A stretch of DNA of 64,000 bases from an uncultured Actinomycetota bacterium (GTDB taxonomy: Bacteria > Actinomycetota > Acidimicrobiia > Spongiisociales > UBA4744): assembly GCA_963707435.1 (NCBI GenBank), contig CAVPPF010000007.1:356900-420899 (forward strand), written 5' to 3'. Numbering within the stretch: position 1 is the stretch's first letter; each line of letters starts with the position of its first letter. This document shows positions 39,502 to 48,570 of the stretch, one piece after another. The notes under the pieces are model-generated. The model searched no databases, was not told the DNA's origin, and worked only from the letters and a program-made list of their open reading frames with translations. The position numbers and the translations under genes were made by a program.

Positions 39502-40586
39502 TGGTCGACGTTCCTCCCGAACCGCGAGGCGACGGTCTGCGGCGCGTCGGCGGCCTCGTGTTGCTGATCGTCATCCTCGGCGGCGCCTACCTGGGAGCCC
39601 GGGAGCTCGCCGACTGGGTCGGCGGGCTTGGTGGGATCTCCGACGTGACGGCACCGCCGGGTCTCGAGCCGGGACTGCCCGTCTCTGTGGAGATACCACC
39701 CGGCTCGGCCGCGCGTCAGATCGGAGTCCTTCTCGCCGAGGCGGGCGTTGTCGAGTCCGCCGGTCAGTTCGAGCTCGCCGTTCGCACGACCGAAACAGCA
39801 GAACGTCTCCAGGCAGGCCGCTACGACCTGGAGACCGGGATGGCGAACGACGTTGTCATCGACCTGTTGCTGCGCGGACCGATCATCGAGACCTTTCGCG
39901 TAACCGTACGCGAAGGCCTGTGGATCGGGGAGGTCCTCGACGAGATCGCCAGGCAGACCGATTTCGCCCGGACTGAACTGGAGCAGGCGCTGAGTACGGT
40001 GAACTCCTCACTGCTGCAGGGCCCCGCCTCCGACCCGATCTCTTGGGAAGGCCTGCTCTTCCCCGACACCTACGATTTCCCTCTCGACGCCGGGCCCGGG
40101 GACGTTCTCCAGCGGCTCGCCGACACCATGCAACAACGGGTCGCGGCGATCGACTGGTCCGAACTGGAATCGCGCGGACTCACGGTCTACGACGGGATCA
40201 TCATTGCATCGCTGATCGAAGCAGAAGCGGGCGTCGACGCCGACCGGCCGCTGATCGCGAGTGTGGTCGTCAACCGACTCGAGGCACCGATGGTGCTGGG
40301 CATCGACGCAACGGTGATCTACGCGCTGGGGGAGCGCGGCAAGTCGCTCACGGTTTCAGATCTCGACGTCGACTCACCGTACAACACCAGGAAGTTCCCC
40401 GGCCTCCCTCCGACCCCTATCGGCGGACCGGGGCGAGCTTCGCTCGAGGCAGCCGCATCCCCGGAAGACACCGACTTCCTCTACTACGTGCTGACCTCGG
40501 CAACCGGCGAGCATTCATTCACGGCCAGCTACGACGAGTTCCTCGCGTTCAAGCAGCAAGCCGTGGAGGACGGACTCATTCCCTGA
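39501..40586 (+). CDS. mltG: endolytic murein transglycosylase
   Basis: N-terminal TM then YceG-like domain: ..GLLFPDTYDF.., ..IIASLIEAEAG.., ..LGIDATVIYALGERGKSLTVSDLDVDSPYNTRKFPGLPPTPIGGPG. Confidence 0.85.
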   Translation: MVDVPPEPRGDGLRRVGGLVLLIVILGGAYLGARELADWVGGLGGISDVTAPPGLEPGLPVSVEIPPGSAARQIGVLLAEAGVVESAGQFELAVRTTETAERLQAGRYDLETGMANDVVIDLLLRGPIIETFRVTVREGLWIGEVLDEIARQTDFARTELEQALSTVNSSLLQGPASDPISWEGLLFPDTYDFPLDAGPGDVLQRLADTMQQRVAAIDWSELESRGLTVYDGIIIASLIEAEAGVDADRPLIASVVVNRLEAPMVLGIDATVIYALGERGKSLTVSDLDVDSPYNTRKFPGLPPTPIGGPGRASLEAAASPEDTDFLYYVLTSATGEHSFTASYDEFLAFKQQAVEDGLIP

Positions 40587-41395
40587 TGGCCGGCGACGTC
40601 GAACAGCATTGGGATCTGGTCCTGTTCGGTGATCCCGTCGACCACTCGTTGTCACCGGTGATCCAGCAGGCGGCTCTCGACGCGATCGGATTGGCGGGCA
40701 CCTACCGGGCCGTCCGCGTGGACGAGGCAGGCTTTCGACGCGGGTGCGCGGAGCTCCGGGAAGGGCGATGGCGCGGCGCCAACGTCACGATGCCCCACAA
40801 ACGGCTCGCCTGTGCCGAGGTGGACGCTCGAACCGATGAAGCAGGTCGCGCCGGGTCGGTCAACACCATTGTTGTCGACGGCGCGCGGTTGATCGGGCAC
40901 AGCACCGATATCGAAGGCATCCGCACAACCTGGGACGAAGCCGAACTTCCGGACCATGCTCCGGTGCTGGTGCTGGGCGCAGGCGGCGCAGCGGCGGCCG
41001 CCGTGATCGCCGCAGGCTCAACCGATGTGTTCCTCGCGGCCCGCCGCCTCGAGCTTGCCGCCGCTCTCGCTCGGGACGTGGACGTTGCCGTTCGCCCACT
41101 GCCGTGGGGAACGGCGGTTGCCGGAGCCGTCGTCGTCAACGCCACGCCGCTCGGCATGTCCGGCGAATCACTGCCACCCGGCATTGTGGAACAAGCCGCC
41201 GGATTGCTCGACATGGCATACGGACGCTCCACCACGCCTGCAGTGCAGACCGCCCGCAGCCGCGGAATTCCCCACGCGACCGGAACCGATCTCTTAGTGG
41301 CCCAGGCGGCGGCTTCGTTCACGCTCTGGACCGGCCGGGCAGCGCCGGTGGCGGCGATGCGGGCTGCGCTCCAAAAGGCTCAAGCGACAGGCTAG
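40586..41395 (+). CDS. aroE: shikimate dehydrogenase
   Basis: LFGDPVDHSLSPVIQQAAL (the AroE SxS motif), ..ANVTMPHK.., ..VLVLGAGGAAAAAV.. (Rossmann). Start at MAGDVE overlapping the mltG stop. The upstream ORF-track extension lies inside mltG and is rejected. Confidence 0.8.
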   Translation: MAGDVEQHWDLVLFGDPVDHSLSPVIQQAALDAIGLAGTYRAVRVDEAGFRRGCAELREGRWRGANVTMPHKRLACAEVDARTDEAGRAGSVNTIVVDGARLIGHSTDIEGIRTTWDEAELPDHAPVLVLGAGGAAAAAVIAAGSTDVFLAARRLELAAALARDVDVAVRPLPWGTAVAGAVVVNATPLGMSGESLPPGIVEQAAGLLDMAYGRSTTPAVQTARSRGIPHATGTDLLVAQAAASFTLWTGRAAPVAAMRAALQKAQATG

Positions 41396-41436
41396 GAGCG
41401 CCGAAACTCCCTGAGAGTCGGTACGGAGGAGTCTTC

Positions 41437-42342
41437 ATGTCGCTAACCGGTGCCCTCGAGGCATTTCCGCTTCCCGAGGTACTTCGCCTCCTGGCGCGGT
41501 CGGAAAAGAGCGGGACGCTGAGAATTGACGCATCCGACCTGCAAGGTCGGATCTACCTCACAGATGGTTCGCTCAGCTACGCGACGACCCGCCGCGAGGA
41601 GGATCTGGTCGATGATCTTGTCGGAGCGGGTTTGATCGACTCCCAGGACTGGGTGCTGGTCGAGCGCCGCGAGAAGGACGTCGTCGAAGTTCTGGCCGCA
41701 GACGCCACCGAGCAGCAACTGACCGACCTCCTGGCCGACCAGATCGCCGATGTCATCTTTCGATTGATGCGCCGCAGCGACGGCGACTTCGAATTCTCGG
41801 AGTCCGTCGGCCCGCGCTACAACACGGGGATCAGCGTTGACATCGACGCCTCGATAGCCGAGGCGGAGAAACGAAACGCGCAGTGGTCGGAGATCGAGGA
41901 CGTGATCCCGGCGATCACGTTCCATCTGCGCATGGTTCCCGATCTCAACGACCGCAACGAGGTCTCCGTTCCGTCGACTACCTGGAGGGTGCTCGCCGCC
42001 CTGCAGGGTGAGGGAAGCATCGAAGAGGTAGCACGACGACTGGGAATGACCGACTTCGCCGTCGCGCAGATCATGGCCGGACTTGCCCGGGACGGTCTGC
42101 TCGAAATCGTCGATATGCCGCCACCCGCCGCCTACGGGTACGGTGACGTGCCCCAGGAACCACAGCAAGCCCCGGCGCCGCAACCGGAAGCTCCCGTCGA
42201 GGACGACCAGGATGACGAAATCCTTCTCGAATCGGCGTTGTCCGATGTCGTGGCACCCGAAGAGGATCCTGACGCTCCGGTGATCGCCCGCAGACGTGGC
42301 CTCGGCGCCCGTGTCCAGGAAGCTAAGGACGCCGGTGAGTAA
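41437..42342 (+). CDS. PATAN/DUF4388-domain protein with acidic Pro-rich C-terminal tail
   Basis: Start MSLTGAL after GGAGG. ..GALEAFPLPEVLRLLARSEKSGTLRIDASDLQGRIYLTDGSLSYATT fits the DUF4388/PATAN pattern. A winged-helix-like segment (..EEVARRLGMTDFAVAQIMAGLARDGLL) follows. Tail is PPPAAYGYGDVPQEPQQAPAPQPEAPVEDDQDDEILLESALSDVVAPEEDPDAP. Lies immediately upstream of pilB. Confidence 0.6.
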   Translation: MSLTGALEAFPLPEVLRLLARSEKSGTLRIDASDLQGRIYLTDGSLSYATTRREEDLVDDLVGAGLIDSQDWVLVERREKDVVEVLAADATEQQLTDLLADQIADVIFRLMRRSDGDFEFSESVGPRYNTGISVDIDASIAEAEKRNAQWSEIEDVIPAITFHLRMVPDLNDRNEVSVPSTTWRVLAALQGEGSIEEVARRLGMTDFAVAQIMAGLARDGLLEIVDMPPPAAYGYGDVPQEPQQAPAPQPEAPVEDDQDDEILLESALSDVVAPEEDPDAPVIARRRGLGARVQEAKDAGE

Positions 42343-42349
42343 TCGAGCC

Positions 42350-44032
42350 ATGGTCCAGCGGGATGCGGGACATCTCGGGACGCTCCTCCTCGAGGAGGGC
42401 ATCGTCACCGAGGAGACCCTCAAGAAGGGCCTCGATCTCCACCATGAGACCGGCCGTCCACTCGGACGCGTCCTCGTGGAAGAGAACCTGGTCGAAGAAC
42501 GCGACCTCGTCCGGGTACTCGCCAAGAACATCGGGATCGAATTCGTCGACCTGGACGAGGGTGCCGTCGACCCGGCCGCCGCAGCCCTGATCCCCGAAGC
42601 TCTGGCCAGGCGCTACGCCGCACTGCCCATCGGTTTTGAGGACGAGAAGCTCGTGATTGCGATGGCCGACCCGGCCAATGTGCTGGCGATCGACGACATC
42701 CGGGCGATCTCCGGGCGTGAGGTGATCCTCAAGGTAGCCACCCGCTCGGATGTGGAGGCTGCGGTATCCCGTCTTGCCTCGCTCGACAACTCTGTGACCG
42801 ATATGGCCGAGCTCGCCGCCGAGGACTCGGTTGAGGCGCATGATCTCAGCGCCGTTGAAGCGGCGGCGGATGAGGCGCCGGTCGTCAAGCTGGTCAACAT
42901 GCTGATTACCAGGGCAGCCGCCGACCGTGCTTCGGACATCCACATCGAACCAACCGAACGAGACCTCAGAGTCCGATTCCGGATCGACGGTGTACTCCAC
43001 GAGATCATGCGGACTCCCCGTTCGATCTCAAATGCGCTCGTCAGCCGGCTCAAGATCATGGCCGACATCGACATCGCCGAGCGGCGCCGTCCTCAGGACG
43101 GACGCATCAACCTGAAGGTCGGTGGCAAACAGCTCGACCTCCGCGTGTCGAGCCTGCCCACCATCTACGGCGAGAAAGTCGTAATGCGGCTGCTCGATAC
43201 CGGTACGGCACTGCTCGAGCTCAAGGATCTCGGATTCCTCGGTGAAAACGAGCGGCGCTACCAGGAATCGTTCAGCAAGCCGTACGGGACCATCCTGTGC
43301 GTCGGGCCGACCGGTTCCGGCAAGTCGACCACGCTCTATGCAACGCTCAACGTCCTCAACCGGCCGGAAGTGAACATCGTGACGATCGAGGACCCGGTCG
43401 AGTACCGGCTGCCGGGAATCAGCCAGGTCCAGGTGAACAAGAAGGCCGGCCTCAACTTCGCATCGGCCTTGCGCTCGTTCCTGCGCCAGGACCCGGACAT
43501 CATGCTGGTTGGTGAGATCCGTGACCAGGAGACGGCGAACATCGCCATTGAATCGGCGCTGACCGGCCACCTGGTTCTTTCCACGCTCCACACCAACAAT
43601 GCTCCCGCCAGTGTCAGCCGCTTGATCGAGATGGGGGTCGAACCGTTCCTGGTGGGCTCCGCCCTCGACGCAGTCTTGGCGCAGCGCCTCGCCCGACGGT
43701 TGTGCAGTCACTGCAAAGAGGAATACACCCCAACGGCGGAGGCGCTTCGGGAAGCCAACTTCCCCATGGAGGATCGCGATGAAGCGCCCAAGCTGCACCG
43801 GGCCGTTGGCTGCAAACACTGCGCAAATACCGGCTACCGGGGCCGGCTGGCAGTCCATGAGTTGATGACCGTGAACGAGGAGATCGAGTTGCTGACCGTT
43901 GAGCGAGCCGCCACCGAGAACCTGACGCGGGCGGCTATCGCCAACGGAATGCGGACCCTCAGACAGGACGGCATGGACAAGGTTGCCATGGGGCTCACCT
44001 CCATCGAGGAGATCATGCGGGTGATCATCTAG
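42350..44032 (+). CDS. pilB: type IV pilus assembly ATPase
   Basis: Two N-terminal GspE_N/MshEN-like repeats (..LGTLLLEEGIVTEETLKKGL.., ..PLGRVLVEENLVEERDLVRVL..), a T2SSE_N domain, Walker A VGPTGSGKSTT, Asp/His boxes and the tetracysteine CSHC...CKHC. Confidence 0.88.
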   Translation: MVQRDAGHLGTLLLEEGIVTEETLKKGLDLHHETGRPLGRVLVEENLVEERDLVRVLAKNIGIEFVDLDEGAVDPAAAALIPEALARRYAALPIGFEDEKLVIAMADPANVLAIDDIRAISGREVILKVATRSDVEAAVSRLASLDNSVTDMAELAAEDSVEAHDLSAVEAAADEAPVVKLVNMLITRAAADRASDIHIEPTERDLRVRFRIDGVLHEIMRTPRSISNALVSRLKIMADIDIAERRRPQDGRINLKVGGKQLDLRVSSLPTIYGEKVVMRLLDTGTALLELKDLGFLGENERRYQESFSKPYGTILCVGPTGSGKSTTLYATLNVLNRPEVNIVTIEDPVEYRLPGISQVQVNKKAGLNFASALRSFLRQDPDIMLVGEIRDQETANIAIESALTGHLVLSTLHTNNAPASVSRLIEMGVEPFLVGSALDAVLAQRLARRLCSHCKEEYTPTAEALREANFPMEDRDEAPKLHRAVGCKHCANTGYRGRLAVHELMTVNEEIELLTVERAATENLTRAAIANGMRTLRQDGMDKVAMGLTSIEEIMRVII

Positions 44033-44138
44033 CGGAGCGGCCGGGACCGGGCGGGCCGCGGAAACCTTCAAGCCGGAGCGATCCGGTGCCGAAACTCAAG
44101 TGAGGCAGATCGCCTCGAAGGGAAACTGGAAGAGAGCA

Positions 44139-45704
44139 ATGAACACAGCATCACGCAGACTCGGTGAGCTCCTGGTTGATCGCAGGTTGCTGTCCAAGGA
44201 CAGCCTGGAAGGCCTCCTGGAGAAGGAAACCGCGACCGGCGTTCCCATTGCCAAGCTCCTCATCGATGGCGGGCACGTCCGCGAGGAAGACTTGCTCCGA
44301 GCCGTTGCCGACCGGGTCGGCATGCTGTACATAGATCTCGACGATGCGCTGCTCGATCCGGAAGCCGTCGGCATGATCGACGCCGACGCCGCCAGGCAGC
44401 TCATGGTCATACCCGTCCGCACGGAAGACGAGAAGGTCGTCGTCGCCGTAGCGGATCCCTTCGACCCGGAGACCCACGTGCGTCTCGAGAAGACGCTCGG
44501 AGTAGGTGTCACCCTCGCCCTGGCCACCCGGGCGGCTATCGGCAGAGCCATCGATTTCGTCCACGGTGCCGAACAGGTTCCGCTCGTCCGCCAACCCGGA
44601 ATGCCGGCGCAGGAGGGGACGATCAGCGAACCCGAGACCTTGCATCTCAACGAACTCCTCGGCATTCAGCTCGATCGCGGCGGATCCGACCTGCACCTCA
44701 CCGCCGGCTCCCACCCGCAGATCCGGGTGCACGGAAAACTAGAACGACTGAGCGACTTTCCGATCATGAAACCGGCCGAGTTGCGCCGCATGATCTACAG
44801 CATTCTCACCGAGAAACAGCGGGAGAAGCTCGAAGAAACCCTGGAACTCGACGCTTCCCATCCGGTGCCCGGACGTGGCCGTTTTCGCATGAACGTGTAC
44901 TTTCAGCGCGATTCGATCGGCGCCGCCTTTCGAGCCATTCCGACCGACATCATGTCGCTCCAGCAGCTGGGGATCCCACCGTCGGTCGGTGAGCTGGCCG
45001 ATTTGCAGCGCGGCCTGGTGCTGGTCACCGGTCCTACCGGGTCCGGCAAGTCGACGACCCTGGCGGCTCTCATCGACATGGTGAACAGCAAGCGTTCGTG
45101 CCACATCCTGACCGTCGAGGATCCAATCGAGTTCCTCCACGTGCACAAGCAGGCAATCGTCAACCAACGCGAGGTTGGGGCGGACACGCTCGGCTTCGGC
45201 CCCGCCTTGAAACACGCCCTACGGCAGGACCCCGACGTGATCCTGGTAGGTGAGTTGCGGGACCTCGAGACCATCTCGACCGCTCTGACGGCTGCAGAGA
45301 CCGGTCACCTCGTGTTCGCAACGTTGCACACGCAGGATGCACCGCAGACGATCGACCGGATTGTCGACGTATTTCCTTCACACCAGCAGCAACAGGTGCG
45401 GGTCCAGCTCGCCTCGACCATCCAGGCCATCATGACGCAGCAACTCGTGCCGCTGCGGACCGGCAAGGGTCGGGTCCCGGCAGTCGAGGTGATGGTTGCC
45501 ACGTCTGGGATCCGGAACCTCATCCGGGAATCAAAGAACCATCAGATCACCACAGCGATGCAAGCCGGTGGCAAACACGGCATGCAGACCATGGATCAGG
45601 CTCTGGCAGACCTGGTTCGCCGCAATCTCATCTCGTACGCGGTAGCCGTGGAACGCTGCATGAACCTGGAGGATTTCCAAAGGCTCGCGGGCCGGATGGC
45701 ATAG
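44139..45704 (+). CDS. pilT: PilT-type twitching/retraction ATPase with about 150 aa N-terminal GspE_N-like extension
   Basis: Core: TGPTGSGKSTTLAAL, GIRNLIRESK (PilT AIRNLIRE motif), ..PSHQQQQVRVQLASTIQAIMTQQL... N-terminus: RRLGELLVDRRLLSKDSLEGLLEKE (MshEN-like) then ..LLRAVADRVGMLYIDLDDALLDPEAVGMIDADAARQLMVIPVRTEDEKVVVAVADPFDPE.. (T2SSE_N-like). Start at MNTASRRLGEL after GAAGAGAG; 13 codons upstream are rejected. Confidence 0.82.
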   Translation: MNTASRRLGELLVDRRLLSKDSLEGLLEKETATGVPIAKLLIDGGHVREEDLLRAVADRVGMLYIDLDDALLDPEAVGMIDADAARQLMVIPVRTEDEKVVVAVADPFDPETHVRLEKTLGVGVTLALATRAAIGRAIDFVHGAEQVPLVRQPGMPAQEGTISEPETLHLNELLGIQLDRGGSDLHLTAGSHPQIRVHGKLERLSDFPIMKPAELRRMIYSILTEKQREKLEETLELDASHPVPGRGRFRMNVYFQRDSIGAAFRAIPTDIMSLQQLGIPPSVGELADLQRGLVLVTGPTGSGKSTTLAALIDMVNSKRSCHILTVEDPIEFLHVHKQAIVNQREVGADTLGFGPALKHALRQDPDVILVGELRDLETISTALTAAETGHLVFATLHTQDAPQTIDRIVDVFPSHQQQQVRVQLASTIQAIMTQQLVPLRTGKGRVPAVEVMVATSGIRNLIRESKNHQITTAMQAGGKHGMQTMDQALADLVRRNLISYAVAVERCMNLEDFQRLAGRMA

Positions 45705-45717
45705 GAGGACCGGACAC

Positions 45718-46941
45718 ATGGCGACATCAACGTTCACCTACAAGGTCAAGGACAAGACGGGCAAGCTGCACGACGGCGAGATGCAGGCTTCGTCCCAGTC
45801 GGCCGTGGCCAAGGCGCTGCGTGAGCGCGGGTTTGTGCCGGTTGCGGTGGAGGAGAAGAAGGCTTCGACGCTCCAGATGGAGATCAAGATCCCCGGTCTG
45901 TCCGGTCGGGTGAAGGTCAAGGAGGTCTCGGTCTTCAGCCGCCAGTTCGCCACCATGATCAACTCGGGCCTCTCGCTGCTGCGTTCCCTGACCATCCTGG
46001 CCGAACAGACGCCGAACCGTGCTTTCCGAGACATCATTCTCGAGGTCAAATCCGACGTGGAGAAGGGGTCGTCGCTTTCCCAGGCTCTGGAGAAGCACCC
46101 GAAAGTATTCCCCAGGCTCTATTCCTCCATGGTGAAGTCGGGTGAGGTTGGTGGTGTTCTGGACGAGACGCTCGAGCGATTGGCGCTGACGCTCGAGGCG
46201 CAGGTCGAACTCCGGTCTCAGGTCAAGTCGGCCATGATGTACCCGGCTGCGGTTTTCGGGTTGGTCATCTTCATCGTCATCGCCATGCTGCTGTTCGTCG
46301 TGCCGATGTTCGAATCGATGTTTGCCGACTTCGGAGCGGAACTTCCGCTCCCGACCCGGATGCTCATGTCGCTTTCGGTAATCTTCACTACGTACTGGTA
46401 CGTTGCCATTGGTGGCACGGTCGCGGCGATCTACGGCTTCAAGCGGTGGATCGCCACCGATCGCGGTCGCAGCAGGTTCGACGCCATCAAGCTGAAAATG
46501 CCCATTTTCGGCAAACTGGTCCACAAAACTGCGCTGGCCCGTTTCTCGCATACCCTGGCCGCCCTGACCCGGACCGGTGTTCCCATTCTGATGGCGATGG
46601 ATATCGTGGCCGAAACCTCCGGCAATGCCGTGGTTGCCCGGGCCGTGCACAGCGTGCAGGCCTCGGTGAAAGAGGGAGAGTCGATCGCCGAACCGCTCTC
46701 GAACCATCCTGTGTTCCCGCCGATGGTCGTGCAGATGATGGCCGTCGGGGAGGAGACGGGCGCGCTCGACACGATGTTGGAGAAGGTCGGCGATTTCTTC
46801 GACCGGGAGGTCAAGACGATGGTCGAAGGTCTTACCAGCCTCATCGAGCCTCTCCTGGTCGTGATCCTGGGTGCCACCGTCGGCGGCATGCTGCTGGCGC
46901 TCTACCTGCCCATCTTCAACGTCATCACGCTGATCGACTAA
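45718..46941 (+). CDS. pilC: type IV pilus platform protein (GspF family)
   Basis: Duplicated T2SSF domains (..SRQFATMINSGLSLLRSLTIL.., ..LARFSHTLAALTRTGVPILMAMD..) and three TM blocks. AGGAGG RBS. Confidence 0.88.
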   Translation: MATSTFTYKVKDKTGKLHDGEMQASSQSAVAKALRERGFVPVAVEEKKASTLQMEIKIPGLSGRVKVKEVSVFSRQFATMINSGLSLLRSLTILAEQTPNRAFRDIILEVKSDVEKGSSLSQALEKHPKVFPRLYSSMVKSGEVGGVLDETLERLALTLEAQVELRSQVKSAMMYPAAVFGLVIFIVIAMLLFVVPMFESMFADFGAELPLPTRMLMSLSVIFTTYWYVAIGGTVAAIYGFKRWIATDRGRSRFDAIKLKMPIFGKLVHKTALARFSHTLAALTRTGVPILMAMDIVAETSGNAVVARAVHSVQASVKEGESIAEPLSNHPVFPPMVVQMMAVGEETGALDTMLEKVGDFFDREVKTMVEGLTSLIEPLLVVILGATVGGMLLALYLPIFNVITLID

Positions 46942-47079
46942 CGACCGGTCGACGCACTAGTCACTTCCGGCGCAGATGAATAGGCAGCAAGTAGCGAATT
47001 GCCGCTCAACTCTCGGCCACGTAGGGCCGATATCTACTGATGAGGGCCGAACGCCGGCTCTCTCCAAAGGAGGAATCTC

Positions 47080-47532
47080 ATGATTCGTTGGATCAACAGC
47101 CGACTCGGAAACGAGGAAGGCTTTACGTTGGTCGAGTTGATGGTGGTCGTATTGATCATTGCCATTCTTGTGGCGATCGCCATCCCGACCTTCCTCGGTG
47201 CTCGTACCAGTGCCCAGGACCGGGCCGCTCAGAGCGACCTGCGCAACGCCCTGACCGCCGAGAAGGTGTTCTACGTGGACAACGAGGCGTACAGCGACAA
47301 CGGCGCAGGCGAGCTGGCTGCCATCGAGCCGAGCATCGACTGGGCCGCCGTCACCGTGACCCTGAACGCCCTGGACGACCAGGATGTCTGCTTGGAGCTG
47401 ACGTCGGCCAGCGGCACCGTGTTCGTACTCAAGGACATTGCGTCCGGCGCCAACGGTGGTGCCCCGGGTACCTATTACGGCACCGTCAACTGCGCTGGCG
47501 CAGTAGCGACCACAGCGGACGCCGGCTGGTAA
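47080..47532 (+). CDS. pilA: type IVa major pilin
   Basis: MIRWINSRLGNEEG|FTLVELMVVVLIIAILVAIAIPTFLGAR is a textbook class III leader plus N-methyl-Phe/Glu5 helix. C-terminal Cys pair (..DVCLELTS..GTVNCAG..). AAAGGAGGAATCTC RBS. Confidence 0.87.
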   Translation: MIRWINSRLGNEEGFTLVELMVVVLIIAILVAIAIPTFLGARTSAQDRAAQSDLRNALTAEKVFYVDNEAYSDNGAGELAAIEPSIDWAAVTVTLNALDDQDVCLELTSASGTVFVLKDIASGANGGAPGTYYGTVNCAGAVATTADAGW

Positions 47533-47554
47533 ACAAACCCATCGACCGAGACCT

Positions 47555-47584
47555 CGAGAGGGCGGCCCGTAGGCCGCCCTCTCG
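47555..47584 (+). terminator. 13-bp perfect GC-rich hairpin 22 nt after the pilA stop (likely terminator/attenuator)
   Basis: CGAGAGGGCGGCC-cgta-GGCCGCCCTCTCG, every base paired. It is followed by GUAUGU, a weak U-tract, so it could also be a processing or stability hairpin. Confidence 0.6.
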
Positions 47585-47640
47585 GTATGTCCGGAGATCC
47601 CGGCGGAGCCCGCTAACGTGCTACGCCCGGGAGAGGAGCT

Positions 47641-48411
47641 ATGACCGCATACTTCGCCACGGTGGCCGGCCTGTTCGGGCTGCTCATCGGTTCTTTCTTG
47701 AACGTGGTCGCGTACCGGGTGCCGCTCGGTCGATCTGTCGTGTCGCCTCCCTCGGCGTGCCCGGCGTGTGGGCGCCCGATCCGCCCGCGTGACAACATCC
47801 CGGTGCTGTCCTGGCTACTGCTGCGCGGGAAGTGTCGCCAGTGCGGTGCTGCGATCTCGCCCCGCTATCCGATCGTCGAGGCCGCAACGGGGATCCTGTT
47901 CGCCGGAACCTATCTGGTGATCGGTGCCGTATGGGTTCTGCCCGCCTACCTGCTCTTCGTGGGAACAACCGTGGCGCTCATCCTGACGGACCTCGACCAC
48001 AAGCGGATCCCGAATCGCATTCTGTACCCGGCCACCGTGGCCGCCGTGTTCCTGCTGGCCCTCGGAGCCGCCGCCGATGGGAGGCTGGACGCAGTGCCGC
48101 GCGCCCTGGCGGGTGGTGCGATCTACTTTGGAATACTCCTCCTGATAGCCCTGGCCGCCCGCGGTGGGTTTGGCATGGGTGATGTCAAGCTGGCCTTCCT
48201 GCTCGGGACGTTCCTGGCTTTCGACTCCTGGGCGACCCTGTGGGCCGGGGTCTTCCTGGCCTTTCTCATCGGCGGCGGGGTGTCGCTGCTGCTCCTGGTC
48301 ACGAGACGGAAGGGCCGGAAGGATGCCATCCCGTTCGGTCCTCCACTCATGGTCGGGGCGTGGATCGCGGTGGTTTGGGGCCGGCAACTCGTCGATTGGT
48401 ATATGGGATAG
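47641..48411 (+). CDS. pilD: prepilin peptidase (A24 family)
   Basis: Zinc-finger N-terminus CPACGRPIRPRDNIPVLSWLLLRGKCRQCG, and catalytic Asp regions (..LILTDLDHKRIPN.., ..GMGDVKLAFLLG..). GGAGAGGAG RBS. Confidence 0.88.
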   Translation: MTAYFATVAGLFGLLIGSFLNVVAYRVPLGRSVVSPPSACPACGRPIRPRDNIPVLSWLLLRGKCRQCGAAISPRYPIVEAATGILFAGTYLVIGAVWVLPAYLLFVGTTVALILTDLDHKRIPNRILYPATVAAVFLLALGAAADGRLDAVPRALAGGAIYFGILLLIALAARGGFGMGDVKLAFLLGTFLAFDSWATLWAGVFLAFLIGGGVSLLLLVTRRKGRKDAIPFGPPLMVGAWIAVVWGRQLVDWYMG

Positions 48412-48570
48412 GCCAAACTCGACTTCTGTCGGCAGGCCCGGTGCTTGCGGCCGTTCGAACGCATTGTTACGCTCGTGTAATCACATCGTTGTAATTAGCG
48501 GTGTGGTGGTGGTCGAGCTGGGCCACGCGGGGGGAACCGGTCACAGAGGCCGGCCCAGGGCGGAGACAAC

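Noticed and set aside
46965-47079. Imperfect inverted repeat GCAGCAA-N8-TTGCCGC and possible sigma-54-like element upstream of pilA
   Set aside because: The GG to GC spacing is about 17 nt, wrong for sigma-54. The inverted repeat has a mismatch and there is no supporting conservation data. Left as an unassigned promoter region.
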